Made by a program: the position numbers and the translations under genes. A stretch of DNA of 64,000 bases. It comes from a virus. The stretch is from IMG/VR virus record IMGVR_UViG_3300006734_000008, positions 1 to 64,000 of that record, one strand, 5' to 3'. The notes under the pieces are model-generated. The model did no database searches, had not been told where the DNA came from, and saw nothing but the letters and a program-made list of their open reading frames with translations. The stretch's first letter is position 1. Each line of letters opens with the position of its first letter. Below are positions 9,310 to 18,129 of this stretch, in pieces.

Positions 9310-11461
9310 GTCTTTCTAATAATTGCTTGGCGATTGGATTGGTTTCAGTCTTTGCAACTTCCACCTCTTTGTATTCTTCTACGACCAACATTAGTTGGAA
9401 GAATGCCATCACACGGTCAAAGTTCCCATCCCTGTTGTATGCCTTCAGCTCCTGAATCAATCCTAAGGATGGAATTAAATCCATGTTGTATACCTTCTCT
9501 CCGTCTTCATTGTGTCCTCTTTCAGTCCACATCCAATTAAGAGCCCATTTCTCACAAGCAGCTTTCATCTTATCATTCATAGGTGAACCGTATGGTCTTG
9601 TCACCTTAGAGTTTCTAATAACCCTGCCTATAGCCGAATCTGGTTGATGCTCCAACAAGTGAAGCTTACCCTTCCTCTTAAAGTAAGAGATTACATCCTT
9701 TCCAATTTCATTCTCATGCATTATCTTGGCATTACCATAATACAGAGAAAGCTTAAGGGCAATCTCATTTATCTGGTCAGTATCTTCATACCTACCTGTA
9801 TATTCTGCTACAATCTCATCGTATCCATACTCAAATTTCTGGAGACTCTTATACACATATATAGAGGCTAACGATTTAAATACTGACTTCCCGTTCACAA
9901 TATCAAATTTAACGGGGTCATATCCTATCTTGTAAAGACTAGAAGGATATTGTTCCTCTGGTGGTGATTGGTATATTACCACTGCACCCTCAGCCTTTAC
10001 ACTCTGTTTGAATGGATAGTAGTAGTTTGGAGTCAGGTCTGGACGAGGTTTAAATACCACAGGTCTTGTGTCTTCTCTACCCCACTCTAGTATACCTGGA
10101 GTTCCAATCTTCTTATATCTATCATTCTTTCTTAGACGTAATTCTATAGCTTTCAATTCAGCTACTGGGAATACGTTACCTTCAGGTGTTAAGAATGCTT
10201 CTGAAGGAGTCTTACACTTTTGAGTGATAAGTACGTCATAATCTGTTTTAGAGGAACCAAGGGCATTTACCCTCTCCTCATCAAGGTCAAGTTCTGCAAC
10301 CCACCTATTAGCATTACCATTGTCATCTACTGACCAATGTATCTCACCCTTTTCATCTACATAGGAGCATCCTGGTCTATACCACATCTCATCTACGAAG
10401 TATCCACACTTGGTCTGCATCTCATGCAACTCATAGATATTGTCATATCTCTCCAAGTTGAATGGTTGTGGGTCTAAGAACATTTCAGAGAAGTCTTGAG
10501 TTGCACCTTCCATATCTCCACCTGTACCAAACACAATAGGAATTCCAACCCAATATTTACCATCTCGCATTGTAGGTTCCGCGAATCTAAATGCTTTCTT
10601 GAGATGATGGATAAGTCCCGCCTCTTCAAAGATTAGTCTAGTACATGACAGACCTGCTGCCTTGTCTGGTTTATCCTTAAGAGTTAAAATGAAGACTTCA
10701 GACTTATAACCCTCCTCAACATCTTGTCCATTCTTTGTCTCAATCCATCCTGACCTAATGAATGTCTGTGTATCCTTAAGTGTTGGATGTCTGAACTCAG
10801 TATATTTATTCAAATGGTTCAGCATCGTCTTGAACATTGAGAAAGTGTTAAGTGCTTTCTCTTCTAGTTCAGATGCTATAACAACCCTAGACTTTTCAAA
10901 AAACGTGTAAATCCAAGCAGCACCAGCTGCGTTTTTGAACGACCAACCCTTTCTACGGGCTTTTGCCATGATGATTCCTCTTTTGTCCATGTGCGAGCGT
11001 CCATACTTGACTGGGTTTTCTGCACGTTCCAAAGTAAGGAACCAGTAGTAATCCATAGACAAGAAGTCGGGAAACTCCTCAGTCTTTGTGATTGTTCCAT
11101 CCTTTCTCTCTGTTCTCTTTTCAATTCTTCCATAATTTAAATAGAAATAGTGTTCTCCTGTAATCCTGACCCCGCCGACGGTATATCCGTTGATGCATCT
11201 GTCAAGTTCCTTTTCCCAGAATCTTCTGTATTGTGTAGTCCCTGGAATAGCTGTTGTGTAGCATGGGTTTCCATTTCTTTCATTTTCCTCGAAGGCATTT
11301 GCTGCAGGACGGAATACCGAACTGTCAGTAAAGAAAAGATAATCAAATCCCAGGTTACGCACAGGATTATAGAGGGAGAGTTCAGAAACTTGGTTGTGAA
11401 CTTCTTCTGGTATTCTGCTTTTTTCATCTTCAATTTTATACGCTACGGTAGGGTCGTACAT
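9296..11461 (-). CDS. terL: putative terminase large subunit
   Basis: 721-aa ORF heading packaging module; N-terminal basic ATPase-like segment (AKARRKGWS), C-terminal acidic nuclease-like segment; position upstream of portal. Confidence 0.5.
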   Translation of the reverse strand: MYDPTVAYKIEDEKSRIPEEVHNQVSELSLYNPVRNLGFDYLFFTDSSVFRPAANAFEENERNGNPCYTTAIPGTTQYRRFWEKELDRCINGYTVGGVRITGEHYFYLNYGRIEKRTERKDGTITKTEEFPDFLSMDYYWFLTLERAENPVKYGRSHMDKRGIIMAKARRKGWSFKNAAGAAWIYTFFEKSRVVIASELEEKALNTFSMFKTMLNHLNKYTEFRHPTLKDTQTFIRSGWIETKNGQDVEEGYKSEVFILTLKDKPDKAAGLSCTRLIFEEAGLIHHLKKAFRFAEPTMRDGKYWVGIPIVFGTGGDMEGATQDFSEMFLDPQPFNLERYDNIYELHEMQTKCGYFVDEMWYRPGCSYVDEKGEIHWSVDDNGNANRWVAELDLDEERVNALGSSKTDYDVLITQKCKTPSEAFLTPEGNVFPVAELKAIELRLRKNDRYKKIGTPGILEWGREDTRPVVFKPRPDLTPNYYYPFKQSVKAEGAVVIYQSPPEEQYPSSLYKIGYDPVKFDIVNGKSVFKSLASIYVYKSLQKFEYGYDEIVAEYTGRYEDTDQINEIALKLSLYYGNAKIMHENEIGKDVISYFKRKGKLHLLEHQPDSAIGRVIRNSKVTRPYGSPMNDKMKAACEKWALNWMWTERGHNEDGEKVYNMDLIPSLGLIQELKAYNRDGNFDRVMAFFQLMLVVEEYKEVEVAKTETNPIAKQLLERHARK

Positions 11462-11462
11462 A

Positions 11463-11999
11463 TTATAGTATTTGTGATGGAACTACATTCCTTCTTATCT
11501 TCTTGGTTGTAGCTTGTTCCCGTTCAACTTCTTTTCGTAATTCTCTAAGTGAGATAACAATCTTACCTAGTTTATCAATGTTAGCTGTTACATCTTTAGC
11601 TGAATGAACTGGTCTTCCCTGCATATCTCTTTCAGTAAAATCAACTGTATAGAAATACTGAGTCAGTTTATTCATTGCATGCTCAGCCCCATTAAGTAAT
11701 CTCATTGCTGGAGTCTCCTGTAGTTGCATATACTTCTCAATAGCTGCATCTACCATAGCTTGCTCCTGCTCATTCAAGGGAAGTTTTAAGTAGTCTTCTT
11801 CTACTTGTTTCTTCCTTGTCTCCGTTTCTAACTTAGCATACACAGATTTATAATCTGACATATGATAAATATACGGAAGCAGTTGAGAGGCTCTGAGTTT
11901 TTCTGGGGTCTCATCAGCCTCCCACACTTCCTTTAGTTCTGGTATATGTATACCTTCAATTGTTATCTTCGGTTCGTTATCTACTAAGTCAAATATCAT
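11463..11999 (-). CDS. hypothetical protein, possible terminase small subunit
   Basis: 178-aa ORF immediately upstream of TerL candidate; charged and helical. Confidence 0.25.
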   Translation of the reverse strand: MIFDLVDNEPKITIEGIHIPELKEVWEADETPEKLRASQLLPYIYHMSDYKSVYAKLETETRKKQVEEDYLKLPLNEQEQAMVDAAIEKYMQLQETPAMRLLNGAEHAMNKLTQYFYTVDFTERDMQGRPVHSAKDVTANIDKLGKIVISLRELRKEVEREQATTKKIRRNVVPSQIL

Positions 12000-12403
12000 C
12001 TAAGTAATAAATATCCTGTAGTTGCTACGCCTACTCCGAGGCCAACAGCAATTCTTCTAGTTCTTCGTAATTTCATCTCTAATGTAACCTTGTCTGTGAA
12101 CAAAGCTGCATTCTCAATCTCTAATCTAAGATTATCTTTAATACACGCTTGCTTATCCGCCTCAATAGCCTGAATGCGTAGAAAGCAATCAATACAAGGC
12201 AGGAGCATACTATCAGCAACAGTAGGAACGTGTATAGTAGTATCAGGTATGTGGCTGATATATGCATCAGTCAAGGTATCTTGACCTGTATTCCTCTGTG
12301 AGTTCATTGAATAACTCACGCTGCTTATCAACAGGAAGCTTACTAATGCTATCCATTTTTTGAACAATTTTCCTTTCGTTTTCATCATATGTCTTTGGTA
12401 CAA
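11996..12403 (-). CDS. secreted protein, o-spanin-like (signal peptide, Cys-containing)
   Basis: N-terminal signal sequence KKWIALVSFLLISSVSYS; gene start overlaps 3' end of upstream TM protein in another frame (overlapped spanin-type architecture); likely real start near 12388. Confidence 0.3.
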   Translation of the reverse strand: MYQRHMMKTKGKLFKKWIALVSFLLISSVSYSMNSQRNTGQDTLTDAYISHIPDTTIHVPTVADSMLLPCIDCFLRIQAIEADKQACIKDNLRLEIENAALFTDKVTLEMKLRRTRRIAVGLGVGVATTGYLLLR

Positions 12404-12536
12404 TTATCTGTGGTGGAACCACAGGTCTCTTTGCTGTCAATACTACTGCATATCCTAAGAATATCAGAAACACTGATACAGCTACTCTTAATATCGCCTT
12501 ACTAATTGGCGTTACCATTTTATCAATCTCTTCCAT
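12267..12536 (-). CDS. type-II membrane protein, i-spanin-like
   Basis: 89 aa, single N-terminal TM helix (ILRVAVSVFLIFLGYAVVLTA) then charged periplasmic-type segment; in lysis cassette. Confidence 0.3.
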   Translation of the reverse strand: MEEIDKMVTPISKAILRVAVSVFLIFLGYAVVLTAKRPVVPPQIIVPKTYDENERKIVQKMDSISKLPVDKQRELFNELTEEYRSRYLD

Positions 12537-13011
12537 TTAATTGTCTTACTGAATGTACAATCATTCCAAGTATAGCTCCTAATGCAACCATTCCTGCCAA
12601 TGTCCATGATACTACATCTCCATAAATCTCATAAAGTCTATCTACAAAGAATAGTGTACTCAAGAAAAAGATAGCATATCTAGGAATCCTTGGAATATAA
12701 AATTTAGTGTCCCACCAAGATACAGTACCTCTGTACCATCTTGGCTTACCAGTCAGGGTATTATATATCTGGTCAAAGAATAGTAATCTCGTTGACAGTG
12801 AAGTAATAGCTCCCATTATACCTGTAAGAATGTTAGTATGGTCTTTTACTACTACCCCTAATAGTAACGCCATTATCAAATAAATGGATGCTCCAAGTAC
12901 ATGATTAACTGATTCTCCCCTATCTCTGGTGGCTTTGTCCAATCTAGCCTCTACATAAATGTGAAGTAGACTACTTAATAATACTCCTAAAAACAAATAT
13001 ACTCCTATCAT
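12523..13011 (-). CDS. multi-pass membrane protein, holin candidate
   Basis: 162 aa with about four hydrophobic helices, adjacent to cell-wall hydrolase gene. Confidence 0.35.
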   Translation of the reverse strand: MIGVYLFLGVLLSSLLHIYVEARLDKATRDRGESVNHVLGASIYLIMALLLGVVVKDHTNILTGIMGAITSLSTRLLFFDQIYNTLTGKPRWYRGTVSWWDTKFYIPRIPRYAIFFLSTLFFVDRLYEIYGDVVSWTLAGMVALGAILGMIVHSVRQLNGRD

Positions 13012-14000
13012 ATCATTCTAAATGAAATAAATCTCCAAGTATCAATTCGCATCTTAGAGCTCTTTACACAGTCTCCCTGATTACCACCAATACCAATAAT
13101 ACTCTTTCCATCAGGAGCAATAGCCTCTACAGCAGTTACATGCCCAGACGGGTCTTTGGAACTCTCGCCTCTATGGAATACAGCAATTACTCTACCTATA
13201 TTCTTCCTAGCTTCTTCAAGTGAGACTTCTCGTCCCCATCTTAAGAAGCTCTTAGCCATAGCGGATTGAGTTCCCCTTACACCTGCAATCATACAACAGA
13301 TATTCATCATCACGGCACACCAAGGAATTTCATCCTTATTGTACCAATCAAAGCCAGCCATCTTAGCTAACTTAATCAATTTCTTATTATGTCCAGCACC
13401 TTTAATCTCACACATTCCTCTATACTTCTGCATAGCTGCGAGTAGGTTACCTTGTGGGACTCCCTCTGCCATCTCAGCAGTTTCTTTCTCCAATTTAACC
13501 TGTGCTTTCTCTGCCTCTGGTTCATCTACCTCAACACCATTGGACACGTCCTCATAATAAGAGGACATCATGGATGCGTATCCTCTTCTCCAGTTGAGAG
13601 CATCCTTTACGGATTCAATGGCATTTCGTGATACCTCAAACTTAGATACTCCGAAAAGAACCATACATATTTGTGCGATAATACTAAAGAACTCAACCTT
13701 TGAATCCTTTGGCAAGGAGAGGAATCCGTGAGAGTCTCCTATTGCCACAAATACTATAATACCTAAAAAGAAATACCCGAAGATATTTCTATCAAGACGA
13801 GAGGAACTTTCTACTCCACTCAATTTAATTCTTGGTAACAATACCAAGGAACCTGCTATAATTGTGAGGTCTGCAAAGATACTCATATTTACATCCACCC
13901 CAAAGATATAGGCTACGGTTAAATACAGAAGGGTCACACAAGCTAATACTGCATGACCCGTCCGTTTATAAAACTCTATATCTAATAACTTATTCAGCAC
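13008..14000 (-). CDS. membrane-anchored peptidoglycan hydrolase (TIGR02594/CHAP/NlpC-P60-like), endolysin candidate
   Basis: N-terminal hydrophobic helices, acidic linker, C-terminal domain with conserved Cys (IPWCAVMMN) and His (SGHVTAV) typical of TIGR02594/CHAP-type Cys-His peptidases. Confidence 0.5.
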   Translation of the reverse strand: MLNKLLDIEFYKRTGHAVLACVTLLYLTVAYIFGVDVNMSIFADLTIIAGSLVLLPRIKLSGVESSSRLDRNIFGYFFLGIIVFVAIGDSHGFLSLPKDSKVEFFSIIAQICMVLFGVSKFEVSRNAIESVKDALNWRRGYASMMSSYYEDVSNGVEVDEPEAEKAQVKLEKETAEMAEGVPQGNLLAAMQKYRGMCEIKGAGHNKKLIKLAKMAGFDWYNKDEIPWCAVMMNICCMIAGVRGTQSAMAKSFLRWGREVSLEEARKNIGRVIAVFHRGESSKDPSGHVTAVEAIAPDGKSIIGIGGNQGDCVKSSKMRIDTWRFISFRMI

Positions 14001-14382
14001 TTGCTAATTCTACTTTCTCAATCCAGTCTACGCCGTTTGTAGCATCTACAATAACCTCGGCGTTGTCTACATAAGGACTCTTGTCTAAGATAATTCCCAT
14101 GTCACTTTTATCAAAAATAGCTTGGGTATAAAAGTTAGGTTGGAAATGTACAACATCCCCTAACGCATAAACTCCATCCTCAACACCATCTCCAATAGCA
14201 ATGATTTCTCCCCTGTTTTGAAACTTTGGCAAGTCGTGTGTCACATGTACATCTTCCTTCAACTTTTGATAACTGTCAGGTAAAATAAGTCCTGAATCTG
14301 TTTGCTTAGGATATTCATACCTACGCACAATCAACTTGTCTCCTCTTAACCTACTGATAGGTAAATCTTCACTAATACTCAT
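13990..14382 (-). CDS. GroES-like co-chaperonin (Cpn10 family)
   Basis: 130 aa; GDKLIVRR...SGLILPDS...GEIIAIGDG...GDVVHF pattern matches Cpn10 mobile loop and beta-barrel signature. Confidence 0.55.
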   Translation of the reverse strand: MSISEDLPISRLRGDKLIVRRYEYPKQTDSGLILPDSYQKLKEDVHVTHDLPKFQNRGEIIAIGDGVEDGVYALGDVVHFQPNFYTQAIFDKSDMGIILDKSPYVDNAEVIVDATNGVDWIEKVELASAE

Positions 14383-14669
14383 ATTTCTATATTGTTTTCG
14401 TTTTTATACTTCTCCCAGGTTTCAGCATCCATCATATCTGGGAATCTCTCTCCATCATTACAGCTTTTATTCACATACCATTTTCCAGGTACAGAACATC
14501 CGCATACTTTACATTCTCCAGCTTCTGCACAGTCAGTACACAAAGTTGCTCTCCAAGCTACTTGCTCCTGCACATGCTTATCCACCATTCCAAACCTATC
14601 TCCTAATAGTCTGGCATTGCCCTGGATGAATGCTTTTACGTTCTTTAATGTAATGTCTGATAACTTCAT
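14379..14669 (-). CDS. Cys-rich zinc-binding protein
   Basis: 96 aa with CTDC...CKVCGC...C cluster. Confidence 0.35.
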   Translation of the reverse strand: MKLSDITLKNVKAFIQGNARLLGDRFGMVDKHVQEQVAWRATLCTDCAEAGECKVCGCSVPGKWYVNKSCNDGERFPDMMDAETWEKYKNENNIEI

Positions 14670-15049
14670 CAGCTAATAGTCATTGCATAGTTAAACTTAG
14701 TAATGTCTCGAATCATCTTCACAATTACAGCTTCCAACTCTGGAGTGAAATCTGTTTGTGGATTCTTTAAGTGATTGATAAGAAACTCTTCCAGCTTCTC
14801 TAATATCCAATCGACATACTCTTGAGAATACGGCTGATAACTCAAATCCTCGAACCCTATTCCTTCTTCCTTCAGCCCGAATCTACCAATAGATAGAATT
14901 ACGAAGTCTTCGAGATGGGAGTGTAGACTGTTATAGAATTCATCAATCGCATCAATCTCTGCTGCATTATCAGTATTCCACTCCCATGCGTGCGCCCTTA
15001 CTTCGAGTTGTTTCAGTGCTGTTACTAAATCTTCAATTGTGTTTATCAT
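14669..15049 (-). CDS. hypothetical protein
   Basis: 126-aa ORF, tightly packed in minus-strand operon. Confidence 0.4.
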   Translation of the reverse strand: MINTIEDLVTALKQLEVRAHAWEWNTDNAAEIDAIDEFYNSLHSHLEDFVILSIGRFGLKEEGIGFEDLSYQPYSQEYVDWILEKLEEFLINHLKNPQTDFTPELEAVIVKMIRDITKFNYAMTIS

Positions 15050-15366
15050 TGTTTTTTAAAACCTACTTTAGTGGATTCTCCTTCTAACATCTTCTTAATA
15101 CTATTATAAGAACCCTTAATTACATATACCTCCTTGGTAAGGTCATCATATACAGTTGTTCGATCTCTATATAAAGACCCATCTCTTTTAAAGCATTGTC
15201 TTGGATAAAGTGCATAAGGTTCAGTCATCCTCTTGATTACCTTATCCTTTTTGACCATCACTTCCTGTGTCTCCGTAACTGTTACCAACTCACCTTCTTC
15301 ATTTTCAACTTCTATTTCTACCTCAACATCATCATAAAAATCAACTAGCATCTTGACCTCTATCAT
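15046..15366 (-). CDS. hypothetical protein
   Basis: 106-aa ORF, start/stop overlap with neighbours. Confidence 0.4.
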   Translation of the reverse strand: MIEVKMLVDFYDDVEVEIEVENEEGELVTVTETQEVMVKKDKVIKRMTEPYALYPRQCFKRDGSLYRDRTTVYDDLTKEVYVIKGSYNSIKKMLEGESTKVGFKKQ

Positions 15367-15653
15367 ATTCTTCTATAACTTTTACCTTGCCGAGCCTTCC
15401 ATAAGCTTCTAATTCTTTCCTTGTTATACTCTTCATCTCCCTCACCATTTCTGATACGTTTGATGTAAGCTTGTATCACCTTATCAATCCTGTTCTTTTT
15501 GACATAGAACTTACCAAAGTTCTGCAGATGAATCGTCTTCATCTCAGGATTCTTCATCTCCTCCAAAATCATTTGAAAGAGGGAGTGATAGAAGTAGGTT
15601 GCTTTCTTATCACTCCATTCCAGGTTTTCGGCTAGTTTATTTAAATCTATCAT
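15363..15653 (-). CDS. hypothetical protein
   Basis: 96-aa ORF, start/stop overlap with neighbours. Confidence 0.4.
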   Translation of the reverse strand: MIDLNKLAENLEWSDKKATYFYHSLFQMILEEMKNPEMKTIHLQNFGKFYVKKNRIDKVIQAYIKRIRNGEGDEEYNKERIRSLWKARQGKSYRRI

Positions 15654-16039
15654 GCAATCTCGTACTCATATACTAACGTAAACTTTCCTTGATTCCTAAT
15701 TCTTTCTTTTGGAAGGTCATAGTTAGGATTGATTATCTTCTTTCCATCCTTTTTAACTATATATCCCTTCTTATACAGTTGACTTATGTAGTTTTCAAGT
15801 CCAGTATAATTCTTAAACTTGAAGACATTTTCTCTGATATGTTTCTTAACAGAGGTAGAGAACCTATCAAGTTCTACCAGTTCACCCTCAAGAGCCCAAA
15901 ATTCAGTCAAGACTTCAAGCTCCATCTTAGTCAATCTCCTATTAGAAGGTAGACTATTGGATACATGACTCAAGAACTCCTTGTAAAAATTCTTTAAGCT
16001 AACCTCTTGTTTATTCCTCAGTATCATATTCCTCTCCAA
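15650..16039 (-). CDS. hypothetical protein
   Basis: 129-aa ORF. Confidence 0.4.
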   Translation of the reverse strand: MERNMILRNKQEVSLKNFYKEFLSHVSNSLPSNRRLTKMELEVLTEFWALEGELVELDRFSTSVKKHIRENVFKFKNYTGLENYISQLYKKGYIVKKDGKKIINPNYDLPKERIRNQGKFTLVYEYEIA

Positions 16040-16247
16040 TCTTCTCTACTCTCAGATTTCCCATCCCACCAATGTTAGCCATTTTATCTACAATAGCCAT
16101 CCATTCGTCTGGGGTCAGCTCTGAGGCTTCTGTAATATGCACCTCATAATAAGCTGTATGCATTCTTGTGGGATTAGGTCTTCGAGTAAAATACCCTTGG
16201 TCCGTAATTTCCGCAGGTATTCTAAGTTTATATCTTTGTTTTCCCAT
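16011..16247 (-). CDS. hypothetical protein
   Basis: 78-aa ORF. Confidence 0.35.
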   Translation of the reverse strand: MGKQRYKLRIPAEITDQGYFTRRPNPTRMHTAYYEVHITEASELTPDEWMAIVDKMANIGGMGNLRVEKIGEEYDTEE

Positions 16248-16260
16248 TTGTTTTCTTTAG

Positions 16261-16330
16261 TTGCGGAGGTGGGAGTCGCACCCACGGAGGCTGGCTTATG
16301 AGACCAGCTGGAATACTCATTCTCCCCGCA
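16261..16330 (-). tRNA. degenerate tRNA-like gene, anticodon CAT (Met/Ile2-type), shortened D-arm
   Basis: Minus-strand read: 7-bp acceptor stem TGCGGGG/CTCCGCA (one G-T), anticodon stem CTGGT/GCCAG with 7-nt loop CTCATAA, T-arm GTGGG-TGCGACT-CCCAC, discriminator A; D-arm only about 4 bp with 4-nt loop. Confidence 0.4.
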
Positions 16331-16549
16331 TTATCCATTTGAATCTAAAAGAGCGTCGCAGTTTTTACAAAATGTACCAAAGTCTCTCTTGTGATAATCA
16401 ATACACTCTGTGTAGGTGTCATACTCTTCGTGATTACAGTTCCTTCTTTTCTTCTCCCTTCTATCAGCTTCTTCTCGTTCCCACTGTATTTGGGCTAGGA
16501 TTTGTTCCCCAATTGTTCTGAACCTTTTCTGATTCTCTTTTGAAATCAT
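16331..16549 (-). CDS. small Cys-rich (zinc-ribbon-like) protein
   Basis: 72 aa, CNHEEY...TECIDYH...FCKNCD pattern. Confidence 0.35.
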   Translation of the reverse strand: MISKENQKRFRTIGEQILAQIQWEREEADRREKKRRNCNHEEYDTYTECIDYHKRDFGTFCKNCDALLDSNG

Positions 16550-16611
16550 AGTACAAATATAAGATAAAATATAATACCATGCAAGTATTTTTTATAAGTT
16601 TTTCTCTTATA

Positions 16612-16645
16612 ACGTAAAAAAGACCCTCGTGGGGTCTTCTTTTGT
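16612..16645. terminator. bidirectional rho-independent terminator
   Basis: AAAAAAGACCC-tcgt-GGGGTCTTCTTTTG hairpin flanked by A-run and T-run. Confidence 0.55.
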
Positions 16646-16675
16646 TATAAGCACCAAATACAAAATATCTCATTA

Positions 16676-17500
16676 TTAATGTTTAACAATGATTTTAACT
16701 TTCCCATTCCTTCTTATAATTCTATAATCAGTAGCCGTACTAAGTTCTTTTCCAATTATATCGTAAACAAGTGACTGTTCTACAGGATATTCAAACTCAC
16801 TTCCATTGACTACAGTTAATCCATAGTTAGTTGTAGTATTATCAAAATCCACTTGAGTAAGAGAATAGTAATAGGTAACATCTTTGTGCGCTTCTCTATC
16901 AAGATAACTATAAGTTAAGACTTGATTGCTGAATGGATTTGCAGAAGGTATCACATTGATTATTTTCCATTCTGTATAGTCAGTAGACCTCTCAAGTAGG
17001 AAGTGAGAATTATTAAATTCAGAAGCGGTGGCCCATTCTATTAAAACAGCCGTTCCAATTCTTTCCGCAGTAAATCTAATTAATTCAACAGGTAAGGGTA
17101 TATTTTGACCGCTACAGCTCCCTATTCGAGTACCATTCTTATCATCAAATTTAAGATTTGAGAAAATATCAGTATCACAATCAAGAGAAGGGTTGCTTAT
17201 AAATAAACATCCACCAACAACACTGTCGACACTCTCTATAAACCAAGTTCCTGTGCCAATAACTTTGAATTGTACCTGGTCAACAGTGTCTAGATAAGCA
17301 TTGCTATCATAACACAATACAATAATACTATCTGTACAATACGTACTATCTGGACATCCTACTAAATTAGTAGCTCCAGCTGAAAATACTCCACTTATTA
17401 GAAGTAATAGTGCAAGACTAAATTGAAAATACCAATACTTGCAGTTCTCATTTACTTTACTGTACCAATGATATAGAATTTTGTTTACTGAGAGTTTCAT
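16676..17500 (-). CDS. secreted protein with T9SS-type C-terminal sorting domain and Fn3/Ig-like domain
   Basis: N-terminal signal/TM (YFQFSLALLLLISGVFSAGA); C-terminal ~80 aa ends ...YPVEQSLVYDIIGKEL...NGKVKIIVKH, matching Por/T9SS CTD motif pattern (P-x-x-x, vYDiiGkel, terminal K-rich beta strand). Confidence 0.45.
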   Translation of the reverse strand: MKLSVNKILYHWYSKVNENCKYWYFQFSLALLLLISGVFSAGATNLVGCPDSTYCTDSIIVLCYDSNAYLDTVDQVQFKVIGTGTWFIESVDSVVGGCLFISNPSLDCDTDIFSNLKFDDKNGTRIGSCSGQNIPLPVELIRFTAERIGTAVLIEWATASEFNNSHFLLERSTDYTEWKIINVIPSANPFSNQVLTYSYLDREAHKDVTYYYSLTQVDFDNTTTNYGLTVVNGSEFEYPVEQSLVYDIIGKELSTATDYRIIRRNGKVKIIVKH

Positions 17501-17513
17501 AGTCCTTTTAAAT

Positions 17514-17546
17514 ATTCAAAAAAGCCCCCTGGGTTAGAGGGGGCTC
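17514..17546 (-). terminator. rho-independent terminator (minus strand)
   Basis: AGCCCCCT...AGGGGGCT hairpin followed on minus strand by TTTTTTGAA. Confidence 0.5.
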
Positions 17547-17564
17547 CTAATAGAGAGACTATTT

Positions 17565-17894
17565 CTAGTCATCAGTGGTAGAGGTATCCTCTAACTCCTC
17601 TATTGAAGGCCCGCCTGTGTCCACCTTGAGTAGTTGTTCAATATGTTGATTATCACACGTTACAACCCAATCAAGTTGGTCCCAATTACCATTCCCGCCT
17701 ATAAAGGGGATATAGTTTGGACTGGACACAATGGTATCACTCGCTCTACTAACAATAGTAAAGTCGCGATAGTTATTGAGTTCAATAAATGCAGTCAACT
17801 CCTCAAAGCTGAGTGCATCTAAAACCTCGATAGTTTTTTCCACTGTGTTAATTCTTAAGTTCATTATCGTTTTGGTTTGGAGCCACATCCGCAA
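17565..17894 (-). CDS. hypothetical protein
   Basis: 109-aa ORF. Confidence 0.4.
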   Translation of the reverse strand: MRMWLQTKTIMNLRINTVEKTIEVLDALSFEELTAFIELNNYRDFTIVSRASDTIVSSPNYIPFIGGNGNWDQLDWVVTCDNQHIEQLLKVDTGGPSIEELEDTSTTDD

Positions 17895-17910
17895 CCCCCG
17901 CCTAAATTTT

Positions 17911-18129
17911 TCATTGTCCTATTAATATAGTGTTGAGCCTTGTTTTAATATCCAAGAGCATAATTACATATTCGTTTGTCTTAGTATCCATTCTGTACGA
18001 AGCCAGTATCCCCTCCTCCGCCAAAGGACTTTTTAAATCCTTCATCAGTTTCCTAACATACTCTGCTTTAGATTCGTTGACAACATATTCAAATATCTCA
18101 ACAACCCTACTGTAATTCTCTTTAGACAT
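17911..18129 (-). CDS. hypothetical protein
   Basis: 72-aa ORF. Confidence 0.35.
   Translation of the reverse strand: MSKENYSRVVEIFEYVVNESKAEYVRKLMKDLKSPLAEEGILASYRMDTKTNEYVIMLLDIKTRLNTILIGQ

Noticed and set aside
16261-16521. Plus-strand 86-aa ORF overlapping the tRNA-like element
   Set aside because: Antisense to the minus-strand gene 16331-16549 and covers the tRNA-like sequence; composition is atypical; most likely spurious
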